Virus record (IMG/VR): IMGVR_UViG_2663763339_000002
Span: 1 to 9,864 of that record
DNA: 9,864 bases
Strand: one strand, 5' to 3'
Source: a virus
Taxonomy: Duplodnaviria; Heunggongvirae; Uroviricota; Caudoviricetes
Positions 1-6,828 of this stretch are shown piece after piece (position 1 is the stretch's first letter; each line of letters begins with the position of its first letter). The notes under the pieces were generated by a model. The model was not told the origin of the DNA. It saw only the letters and a program-made list of their open reading frames with translations, and did not search any database. The translations under genes and the position numbers were made by a program.

Positions 1-291
1 TTAACGTCGTAACCGCTCCGGCTTCTTCCAGTGGTAAGTAATTTTTTCTTTCTCCTGGTACATCTGCACGCGGCGACGGTAGGCCAGCAACTCGAGAACT
101 CTGGTTCGTATATCGCGCATATCCACGCCGTTAAGCTCGATACCGTCACGGCGCATCACCTCAGCCACCACACGCGCGTAATTTTCTGCTATCACGCTGT
201 CTGGCTGCGTGGCCTCCTGTTTGCCTGCTGCTTGGCTGGCTCCGGTAATGCGGCGAATCATTTTGAGCATTTCGGCTTCGGTCATTGTCAT
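1..291 (-). CDS. Hypothetical protein, 96 aa, translationally coupled to the upstream small-terminase gene
   Basis: ATG at 289-291 overlaps the TGA of the upstream gene (ATGA junction on the minus strand); stop TAA at 1-3. No motif recognised. Confidence 0.5.
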   Translation of the reverse strand: MTMTEAEMLKMIRRITGASQAAGKQEATQPDSVIAENYARVVAEVMRRDGIELNGVDMRDIRTRVLELLAYRRRVQMYQEKEKITYHWKKPERLRR

Positions 292-773
292 GCCTGTTTT
301 GCATCCTCATTCACTGCGTCATTTTTTACCATCCGGCTGATAATCTGATTACACAAATCATCAATAATTGACTGCACTCTGTTTACTGCCATCGGTTTAA
401 GCCCTGCATCACGTGCCAGAATACTGGGGAGTTTTGCCAGTTCCTTGCTTACGATTTTTCCCCATATAGCCATCTCTTTTCGCGCATCATCGGCGGGTAT
501 GAGTTGCGCCGTTTCCTGTTCGAACTTAAGACGCTCACGCTCAGACTGATACCAGGCTTTGCGCTCATGTGCATCCATTTCGCCTTCTGCAACCGGCGTT
601 GGTAATGCCAGAAATGCCGACACAATATCTGCCACCCGGTAGAGCTTTAACTTGTCATGTCCTCCGGCGGGCTGGATGTTTTGCAGTCTTGCCGCCGCAG
701 TCTGACGACATATTCCCGCTATCGCCGCCAGTTGGTTAATGTTCAGCATCAGATTTTTCAGTTCTCGATCCAT
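288..773 (-). CDS. Small terminase subunit, lambda Nu1-like N-terminal winged-HTH (alternatively a packaging-redirection protein of the same fold)
   Basis: Start re-picked at ATG 771-773 (MDRELKNL...), preceded by GGAGGGGG; the ORF-track start at 830 has no RBS. N-terminus LNINQLAAIAGICRQTAAARLQNIQPAGGHDKLKLY parallels Nu1 (QLADIFGASIRTIQNWQEQGMPVLRGGGKGNEVLY), recalled from memory. Confidence 0.65.
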   Translation of the reverse strand: MDRELKNLMLNINQLAAIAGICRQTAAARLQNIQPAGGHDKLKLYRVADIVSAFLALPTPVAEGEMDAHERKAWYQSERERLKFEQETAQLIPADDARKEMAIWGKIVSKELAKLPSILARDAGLKPMAVNRVQSIIDDLCNQIISRMVKNDAVNEDAKQA

Positions 774-926
774 ACCCCCTCCGGAATGTTTTAAACATGC
801 ATCTTGCGAACAACTTTCAGAAGAGGTCAAAAAATGTGCTATATGTTGAACACAAAATAAGCAAAATTAACATACCAAAAATAAAATTCGTTTAAATTCA
901 ATACATTGAAAAGATGATGATGATGA

Positions 927-1007
927 ATGAAAATGCAAAAACTAGCCTTTTTCCGCGCCGCTCCCGCCCCGTGGTAAGGCCACTACACCGGGAGGACCCG
1001 TAAAAAA
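927..1007. repeat. Copy A of a conserved 81-bp intergenic element (copy B at 3451-3532)
   Basis: Direct alignment of the two copies at a constant offset of 2524 gives 4 mismatches in 81 positions. Contains nested dyad CTCCCG...GTGG-N5-CCAC...CGGGAG. Confidence 0.85.
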
Positions 1008-1023
1008 GGCGGCTATCGCCGCC
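1002..1023 (-). terminator. Intrinsic terminator after the protease-capsid gene
   Basis: Minus-strand RNA reads GGCGGC-GAUA-GCCGCC followed by UUUUUU (plus-strand A6 at 1002-1007), 8 nt after the stop at 1031-1033. Confidence 0.6.
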
Positions 1024-1030
1024 CTTGTTG

Positions 1031-2947
1031 TCATGCTCCACTCGATTTCAGTAGTCCACGATAATCGAGGGCCGCAACACCTGCATCTATGCGCACCTTC
1101 CAGGCGACACCATCAACAGTAAAGCCCTCCTGCTCCTCGAGATATGGCGTATCAATACCATCAAGATAAGCGACCTCTATCGTGTCCATCCCTTTCGCTG
1201 CGGCTACATACCACTCCTTGTTATTGTTCTTATCAAGACGTGGCTCAACAATAACTTCAGCCATATCTTTCACCACGTTAATGATGCCTGGGTTCTGATT
1301 GATAGTGCCCTCACCATCAACCGGAAAGAGTGATGACGATGACAGAATGGCGCGATGTGCGGCAGACTCCAGCGCGGCGGGGACCAGGACAAATGCGGGG
1401 GTAATATTCAGCGAATCACCGTTAGCGTCCTCCTGGAGGCGCATTAGCTTACGGGCTTCGTTAAGTCCCTCCATGTCCATATCCTTCGCAATAAGATTTT
1501 TATGATCGGCATGGAATAGCGCCTTACCATCCGTGAATTTGCCATTGCCGGTTAACAGGAGATACACCAGATTACCTACTGTTCTGGCGGCTGCACGCCC
1601 CATCGCCATGGGGATTGTAGTTAACTGGGTCAGGTCATCGTTAATAATGGCCTGGCGGGTAACAGAAAAAATATTCCCGTATGTGGCCAGCGCAATAGGT
1701 ACGCCCTTGTCACTGGTAGTAATGTATTTATATTCCGCGCCTTCCGGTACTTTATCCAGTTTTGAAAAACCATTCAGGCCAACGCGTTTTGCCTCGTGAA
1801 AGTTTGAAAGCGATCCGCTACGCGTCCACTTCTGGAACGTTTCGCCGCTGTCCTGCCAGCCTTTCAGCACTGATTTTTCAGCACCGCCAGCCAGAATATG
1901 AGAAAAATCACTGCTGCTGTGTGTAAAAGCTGCATTAACGACCTGCGAACGATTTAAAAAACCGCCAACACTGATACCACGATCGACCAGTGACGCCTGG
2001 GCCATTTCAAAAAGGCTCATCATCGCGTAAGGATTGCCACGCTCAGGACGCTCATACCCAAGACGGGAATAAAGGCCCTGGCGAATCGCATCGCCTGTTA
2101 TGTTCCCGTTTCCGGCATAAATATGAGACGGGATATTTTTATTTGTTGGTGTGTGGTTTTTACCCATTTCGTTAAGCAGACGTTCCCGGGCCATTTCCAG
2201 CGTACAGGATGCATCTTCAAGGCACGACATTTTGATCCCGTCGTACTGGTTGCCGAACACGCTAAAAATTTCTTTAATGCCGTTAATGCGCTCCTGGTCG
2301 CCTGTAATGGTGTTTTTTGCCTGTGATTTCGGCGGGGTAATCATTCCCTTAATGGTTTCCGGCATATGTAAAAAATCTCCTGTGCGTTTCGATTCAATTC
2401 GCGCCATTACTCTGACAGATGGCAACAATTCATCAGCAAAACCGTGCTTAAGGCATTCTTTCCCGTCCATCCAGGTTTCATCTTCCAGCATGGCGGCAAT
2501 TTCCTGTGCTGATTTGCCCGTTTTTCTGGCATAAGCAGGGATTAACACGGTTTCCACTTTATCCAGCAAATCAGCATAATCACGCATATCGCCAGCATTT
2601 CCGCCAGAGATACCCCACGGCTTATGGATCATCATCATGGCGTTCTCCGGCATAACAACGCGATCGCCTGCCATTGCGACGACCGAAGCCATTGAAGCCG
2701 CCACGCCATCGATATAAACCGTAATGTCTGCCGGATGATTCCGTAGCAGGTTATAGATGGCGATGCCTTCAAACACGTCACCGCCAGGCGAATGGATCCG
2801 TAGGTCGATATGTGAAACATCGCCAAGGGCTTTCAGATCTTCCGAGAACTGCTTCGCGGTAATACCGAAGCCGCCAATTTCTTCATAGATGGATATCTCC
2901 ACCGTTCCACGCACATCCGCCGCCTTAATGGAAAACCATGTTTTCAT
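1031..2947 (-). CDS. Prohead maturation protease (ClpP/S49-like) fused to a phage major capsid protein, 638 aa
   Basis: N-terminal about 180 aa carry ClpP-like motifs (IDLRIHSPGG, GVAASMASVVAMAGD, MMMIHKPWG). The C-terminal roughly 400 aa are assigned as major capsid protein by position and overall resemblance, not by a named motif. RBS AGGAG before ATG 2945-2947. Confidence 0.85.
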   Translation of the reverse strand: MKTWFSIKAADVRGTVEISIYEEIGGFGITAKQFSEDLKALGDVSHIDLRIHSPGGDVFEGIAIYNLLRNHPADITVYIDGVAASMASVVAMAGDRVVMPENAMMMIHKPWGISGGNAGDMRDYADLLDKVETVLIPAYARKTGKSAQEIAAMLEDETWMDGKECLKHGFADELLPSVRVMARIESKRTGDFLHMPETIKGMITPPKSQAKNTITGDQERINGIKEIFSVFGNQYDGIKMSCLEDASCTLEMARERLLNEMGKNHTPTNKNIPSHIYAGNGNITGDAIRQGLYSRLGYERPERGNPYAMMSLFEMAQASLVDRGISVGGFLNRSQVVNAAFTHSSSDFSHILAGGAEKSVLKGWQDSGETFQKWTRSGSLSNFHEAKRVGLNGFSKLDKVPEGAEYKYITTSDKGVPIALATYGNIFSVTRQAIINDDLTQLTTIPMAMGRAAARTVGNLVYLLLTGNGKFTDGKALFHADHKNLIAKDMDMEGLNEARKLMRLQEDANGDSLNITPAFVLVPAALESAAHRAILSSSSLFPVDGEGTINQNPGIINVVKDMAEVIVEPRLDKNNNKEWYVAAAKGMDTIEVAYLDGIDTPYLEEQEGFTVDGVAWKVRIDAGVAALDYRGLLKSSGA

Positions 2948-3138
2948 AGCCAGGCTCCTAACGTTGCCTTGTACCAGTATTCAACCGCGCTGCGTGTGAT
3001 TTGTCCTTTCGTGGGTACTGGCATACCCGGGTGATTCTCTTTGATGAACTGCTGATAGCGTTCGATCTTCTCCATCGTTCCGGTGTCTATGTGCACAGTG
3101 GCACTTTTACCCGGCTTTCTGGTGTTGTTCTCTGGCAT
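2944..3138 (-). CDS. Small hypothetical protein, 64 aa, translationally coupled to the protease-capsid gene
   Basis: Start re-picked at ATG 3136-3138 (MPENNTRK...) preceded by GGAGG; ATGA overlap with the downstream start. Possible beta-strand-then-helix (TVHID...MEKIERYQQF). Confidence 0.5.
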   Translation of the reverse strand: MPENNTRKPGKSATVHIDTGTMEKIERYQQFIKENHPGMPVPTKGQITRSAVEYWYKATLGAWL

Positions 3139-3239
3139 AAATCCGCCTCCGTTTTGATTAACGGGCATCATTATTGATCGATAAAAGTGGTAGATAAACA
3201 TATTTCTATCATAAAAATAGATTAATCAGATTCAGACGC

Positions 3240-3263
3240 AAAAAAAGCCGGAAAAAATCCGGC
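3240..3263 (-). terminator. Intrinsic terminator-like hairpin inside the leader of the capsid unit (candidate attenuator)
   Basis: Minus-strand RNA reads GCCGGA-UUUUU-UCCGGC followed by U7 (plus-strand A7 at 3240-3246); about 100 nt upstream of the 64-aa gene start. Confidence 0.5.
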
Positions 3264-3450
3264 ATAAATATCCCGCCATCTGAACACGTTTTGATACAGG
3301 CAACTCCACCAGGCAGGTGAAAAACTGATTTATTTATATATTTCAATTAATTGCAAACTGGTCTAATGACAGGAGAGAAAAAAAATTGTACAGGTGAAGA
3401 CGGAAATAATTTTTAATTATCAATAAATTATCGCACATGCTGCCGCCGCC

Positions 3451-3532
3451 ATGAAAATACAAAAATCAGCCTTTTTCCGCGCCGCTCCCGCCCCGTGGTA
3501 AGGCCACTCCACCGGGAGGACCCGTAAAAAAA
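3451..3532. repeat. Copy B of the conserved 81-bp intergenic element
   Basis: See copy A; same orientation, abuts the terminator after ssb. Confidence 0.85.
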
Positions 3533-3548
3533 CCGGGAAAATCCCGGC
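3526..3548 (-). terminator. Intrinsic terminator after the ssb-like gene
   Basis: Minus-strand RNA reads CCGGGA-UUU-UCCCGG followed by U7 (plus-strand A7 at 3526-3532), 17 nt after the stop at 3565-3567. Confidence 0.55.
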
Positions 3549-3564
3549 TTCTGTCACTCGTTGC

Positions 3565-3987
3565 TTAAAACGGTATGTTATCCCCGTACGGATCATCATT
3601 TCCCGCCTGTTGTTTTGCCCTGTTCAGTGCATCAGTGGCCTGCCCCTGTTGGCCTTTTTTGCCGCCCGGTCGCGCCGTTCGCGCACTGATTACGCTGTCT
3701 GCGATAACCTGCCAGCCCTGCCGCGTTTCGCCGTTCTGGCCTGTCCACTGGCTTACCTGCATGTTACCCGCCACGCTCACGAGTTCGCCTTTGTGGTGCT
3801 TTGCCAGTGCGTCGGCCTGTCTGCCAAACGCCAGGACGGATAACCACATCGTCGCCGTTCCGTCATCGGCCTGGCTGCACGGCAGGGGAACCGCCATACT
3901 CGCCATCGCCATTTGTGTCCCTTTGCTGGTGGTCTTTAACTGCGGGTCAGCCACCAGCCGCCCGTAAGCCGCTATCTGTGCTGTCAT
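3565..3987 (-). CDS. ssb: Single-stranded DNA-binding protein (SSB-like), 140 aa
   Basis: N-terminal OB-fold pattern (IAAYGRLVADPQLKTTSKG; WTGQNGETRQGWQVIADSV) and C-terminal acidic tip ending DDPYGDNIPF, compare bacterial SSB DDDIPF. ATGA overlap with the upstream gene. Confidence 0.7.
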   Translation of the reverse strand: MTAQIAAYGRLVADPQLKTTSKGTQMAMASMAVPLPCSQADDGTATMWLSVLAFGRQADALAKHHKGELVSVAGNMQVSQWTGQNGETRQGWQVIADSVISARTARPGGKKGQQGQATDALNRAKQQAGNDDPYGDNIPF

Positions 3988-4235
3988 GCTGTCTGCTCTC
4001 CGGTTTTAACGTTGATGGTTGTCACCAGTTCCGCTTCGGCAATCTCCCGTTCTGTCAGCGTGGCAAAGTTTGCCGCCGCCGTGGTCATGAATGCGCTTAT
4101 CAGTTCGGGATGTGCTTTCGCGTATCCTTCTCCGGCGTGGCGGTCTATCGTTCTGATTGCCACCTTTAAGGCGTGCTCTGTCATGTCTAACGCTTTATAT
4201 TTTGGTGCTGTCTTATCTCTGGTTTTTCTTGTCAT
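3984..4235 (-). CDS. Hypothetical protein, 83 aa
   Basis: Start re-picked at ATG 4233-4235 (MTRKTRDK...); the longer track ORF to 4367 would translate the iteron repeats. Coupled to ssb by ATGA. Confidence 0.5.
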   Translation of the reverse strand: MTRKTRDKTAPKYKALDMTEHALKVAIRTIDRHAGEGYAKAHPELISAFMTTAAANFATLTEREIAEAELVTTINVKTGEQTA

Positions 4236-4237
4236 GC

Positions 4238-4448
4238 GCCCACCTGTGCCCACTTTTTCTGCCCACTTTTCATGGTTTCCCACTTCGTCCCACCTGGGAT
4301 TTTGTGGTTTTATATCGTACTGTTTCATAAGTATTTTTTTAGTGCCCACTTTTTGGGATGTATACACGTGGGAAAGTGGGCGATTTTGTTAAATTCCAGT
4401 TAAATTACCCACTACTCCCACTTTTAACGCCCACTTTTTACAGTGGGT
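4238..4448. repeat. Iteron cluster with AT-rich spacer: candidate origin of replication
   Basis: At least 8 direct copies of (G)CCCAC(TTTT) (starts about 4238, 4248, 4261, 4279, 4289, 4344, 4408, 4417, 4429) and inverted copies (GTGGG near 4368, 4376, 4444), with an AT-rich stretch at 4296-4340. Lies immediately 3' of rep. Confidence 0.6.
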
Positions 4449-5844
4449 GAACATCATCCCCATCGACGCAAATCACGCCGTCTTTTTCCAGTTTGGCTAA
4501 CCATCGTTTAAGGTGTTTTGTGTCATATCCCAGCTTTTTCATGTCATCACGTAGCAGCGGGATCGTACATTTATCACCATGCTGTATACGCGACCGGATA
4601 CAACCCCATAAAGCCGTGTGATTTTCCGTCTTGTTCCCGGCCTCCTCTATGCGCTCCAGTTCAGCAGGGGCGCGGGGAACGTCAATCACCACCATGGACA
4701 CAATCTCTTCGCCATCTGTATCGGTGAACACCTCCACGCTTTTAAGATCGTATGCACTCTCTTTTGGCTCCTCTGCGTCCTTCATCTTCGTACACGCCGC
4801 CACCAGTGCTGTAACCTCTGAATTTTCCCGGCTGATTCGGTACTCTGCATCAAGCGCGGCACGGAATGCGCTGGAACCGCGCGCCCCCTTTGTTTCATCC
4901 TTGCCGGAATGGTGAACCACCAGCACCGTGGCCCCTGTGGCCTGCTTTATCGCGTCACACCCCTGGATAAATGCGCCCATATCGCGGGAATCATTTTCAT
5001 CATTTCCACCAAAGCAACGGGCCAGCGTGTCGATCACAATCAGCCGCACATTTTCGCCCGTTCTGCTCTTAACAAGTCCGGCAGTCCTGATAACCTGCTC
5101 CACATAGTCAGGCGATGCGGGGAAGACAGGCGCGTTAACGATGCACAAATCTGTAACCACCTTGTCATGGGTTATCTCCCACGCCTTAACGCGGCGTTTT
5201 ACGCCTATACTGCCTTCGCCAGCGATATAGATAACAGCGCCCTTACTTACCCTGCGGCCTCCCCATGCCATACCTGTGGCAACATGGCACGACCAGGAAA
5301 TAGCCAGGAACGATTTATAAGAACCGCTGGCCCCGTAGGTGCTGCATAATGACTCAGCCGGAATAAGCCCCTTAATTACGTAGCTTTGCTGCGCGTCGAA
5401 TCCCTCAGAACCCCATGAGATGGGAAGTGTGATTTTTCGCTTTCCACCATTCATGACCAGACTTTCCCCGCGTTCCCAGGTTTCTTTAAGCCGCGGTAGT
5501 TGCTCGCTCCAGTCCTCCAGCAGTTCGAAATTCTCTGAAAGTAACCGTGCTTCCTGGACACCTGCGATCGCCAGTTTGGTGGCAATGGTCAGCATCTGCA
5601 TATCGTCCAGGTTTCCGGCGCGTATGACCTTTGCTCTGTATCGTCCTTCATCAACAATCTGTAAATTGTCCAGTTCGCTTAACTGATAACGGCCCAGGTA
5701 AACCGGAGGGATGGGATCGCCTGCTTTTTGGGCCTGTGCAATCATGTAATGTTCTGCAAAGGAGTGAGCATTATCACCCGCAAAAATAACCGCCTCAGTG
5801 TGTTTATCTTTCGGTAACAGTTTTACGTTCGGTGCCAGTTTCAT
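4438..5844 (-). CDS. Replication initiator, RecA-like (AAA_25-type) ATPase, 468 aa
   Basis: P-loop-like YGASGSYKS, Walker B-like VRLIVIDTL, sensor TVLVVHHSGKD; basic C-terminal region may be a DNA-binding domain. ATG 5842-5844 overlaps the upstream stop. Iterons directly downstream. Confidence 0.8.
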   Translation of the reverse strand: MKLAPNVKLLPKDKHTEAVIFAGDNAHSFAEHYMIAQAQKAGDPIPPVYLGRYQLSELDNLQIVDEGRYRAKVIRAGNLDDMQMLTIATKLAIAGVQEARLLSENFELLEDWSEQLPRLKETWERGESLVMNGGKRKITLPISWGSEGFDAQQSYVIKGLIPAESLCSTYGASGSYKSFLAISWSCHVATGMAWGGRRVSKGAVIYIAGEGSIGVKRRVKAWEITHDKVVTDLCIVNAPVFPASPDYVEQVIRTAGLVKSRTGENVRLIVIDTLARCFGGNDENDSRDMGAFIQGCDAIKQATGATVLVVHHSGKDETKGARGSSAFRAALDAEYRISRENSEVTALVAACTKMKDAEEPKESAYDLKSVEVFTDTDGEEIVSMVVIDVPRAPAELERIEEAGNKTENHTALWGCIRSRIQHGDKCTIPLLRDDMKKLGYDTKHLKRWLAKLEKDGVICVDGDDVHPL

Positions 5845-6155
5845 TTTGCCTTTCCCCGTTCACGAATAATTTCACGTACTGCCTTAATGCGTTCCATACC
5901 TGTAACGCGCATGATTCTGTCGATGTCGCTTAAGTCCGCTGGTGGTGCTTTGCTTACCAGGGTGAATTCACTCTCAAAACGCATATGTGACGACACGCAG
6001 GGATGCGCATAACCTTCGCGGATATATGTCACCCGATAAGCACTCACCGTTTTTACCGTTATCTGACTTCCGTAGTTATCCCGGAAAATATCGCCGGGGC
6101 GGATTTCAGGCCGAGCGGGGCCGCTGGCAGTAAAGCCAGAATTTTTCTTTTTCAT
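5841..6155 (-). CDS. Hypothetical protein, 104 aa
   Basis: ATG 6153-6155 with RBS-like AGAGGAA; coupled to rep by ATGA. Confidence 0.6.
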   Translation of the reverse strand: MKKKNSGFTASGPARPEIRPGDIFRDNYGSQITVKTVSAYRVTYIREGYAHPCVSSHMRFESEFTLVSKAPPADLSDIDRIMRVTGMERIKAVREIIRERGKAK

Positions 6156-6160
6156 GGTTT

Positions 6161-6370
6161 TTATTCCTCTGCGCGGGTCTTGTCGTGTATTTCCATAACC
6201 GCGTTTAATTCATCAATAACCGGGGTTAACAGAGTGCTGAAAGCAGAAAATAAATCCCCCCCCTGTTCGGCATGAACTTCGGTTAATTTAATTAATACCG
6301 CTTTCATTTCCAGTGCCCGGTTTAATGCATTCTCAGAATGAATAAGAACATCGAAAGGGATTTTATCCAT
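6161..6370 (-). CDS. Hypothetical protein, 69 aa
   Basis: ATG 6368-6370 preceded by GGAGGA; stop TAA at 6161-6163. Confidence 0.55.
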   Translation of the reverse strand: MDKIPFDVLIHSENALNRALEMKAVLIKLTEVHAEQGGDLFSAFSTLLTPVIDELNAVMEIHDKTRAEE

Positions 6371-6596
6371 GGCTTACATCCTCCGGGAATTTTCTTCTGT
6401 AACGCGCCTCTGCAACATATTCCGCATAGTCCGACGCAATATTGAGAATCTCCGCACCCTCTGACCTGTAGCCACTGGTACTGATAAGGAAAAATGCGGC
6501 TTTCATCATGCCGGCAACGCATAACAACGCATCGTCTGTATCTTCCGGTGCGCCATCAAATTCCTGTTTCATGGCATTAAAACGATCATCACGCAT
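6363..6596 (-). CDS. Hypothetical protein, about 77 aa (start uncertain; GTG 6612-6614 and ATG 6606-6608 are alternatives)
   Basis: The track ORF begins at a GTG; ATG 6594-6596 is preceded by a G-run that could act as an RBS. Overlaps both neighbouring genes by 8 nt. Confidence 0.45.
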   Translation of the reverse strand: MRDDRFNAMKQEFDGAPEDTDDALLCVAGMMKAAFFLISTSGYRSEGAEILNIASDYAEYVAEARYRRKFPEDVSHG

Positions 6597-6828
6597 AACC
6601 CCCCCCATTTTCACAATCAGTAATCAGGATGGCTTTAGCCTCATTCAGCGCCATATCAGCACTAAGTTGCATTACAGCCAGTGAGTGAGGAACGAAAGCC
6701 CCGGCATATTCTGTTTCAGTGGTGGCGTGCTTATGCGCTTTGTCTGCGATAACAGAAATATCAATCAGCGCATCCATCAGCGTTCTGATAGCTTCGGCGG
6801 CTGCGTCCGGACGGGTGTTATTGCACAT
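6589..6828 (-). CDS. Hypothetical protein, 79 aa
   Basis: ATG 6826-6828 preceded by strong RBS AGGAGG. Confidence 0.55.
   Translation of the reverse strand: MCNNTRPDAAAEAIRTLMDALIDISVIADKAHKHATTETEYAGAFVPHSLAVMQLSADMALNEAKAILITDCENGGGYA

Noticed and set aside
31-348. 105-aa plus-strand ORF
   Set aside because: Lies fully antisense to the well-supported minus-strand terS and 96-aa genes, with no RBS; a typical antisense artefact.
927-977. 16-codon plus-strand peptide encoded in both repeat copies (MKMQKLAFFRAAPAPW and MKIQKSAFFRAAPAPW)
   Set aside because: No RBS upstream of either copy, antisense to the surrounding operons, and the differences between copies are non-synonymous; more likely a chance frame in a conserved non-coding element.
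969-988. Canonical P2/P4 Ogr/Delta activator site (TGT-N12-ACA) in the repeat
   Set aside because: Only a partial match (CGT-N12-ACA in copy A, CGT-N12-CCA in copy B); positional analogy noted in the findings but the specific factor is not claimed.
927-1007. Repeat as a cos or pac packaging site
   Set aside because: Two copies 2.5 kb apart in the same orientation, each after a terminator and before an operon, does not fit a single packaging site; a regulatory role is more likely.
1299-2534. Plus-strand ORFs inside the protease-capsid gene
   Set aside because: Antisense to a confidently identified 638-aa gene; low-complexity translations and no RBS.
3575-4169. Plus-strand ORFs of 130, 77 and 122 aa overlapping ssb and the 83-aa gene
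   Set aside because: Antisense to the SSB-like gene, Cys/Pro/Ser/Arg-rich low-complexity translations, no RBS.
4236-4367. N-terminal extension of the 83-aa ORF back to ATG 4365-4367
   Set aside because: It would translate the iteron repeats; the internal ATG at 4233-4235 leaves the iterons non-coding. Not fully excluded.
4238-4448. CRISPR array
   Set aside because: Repeats are about 9-10 bp with irregular spacing and mixed orientation, not 25-40 bp repeats with uniform spacers; they fit iterons.
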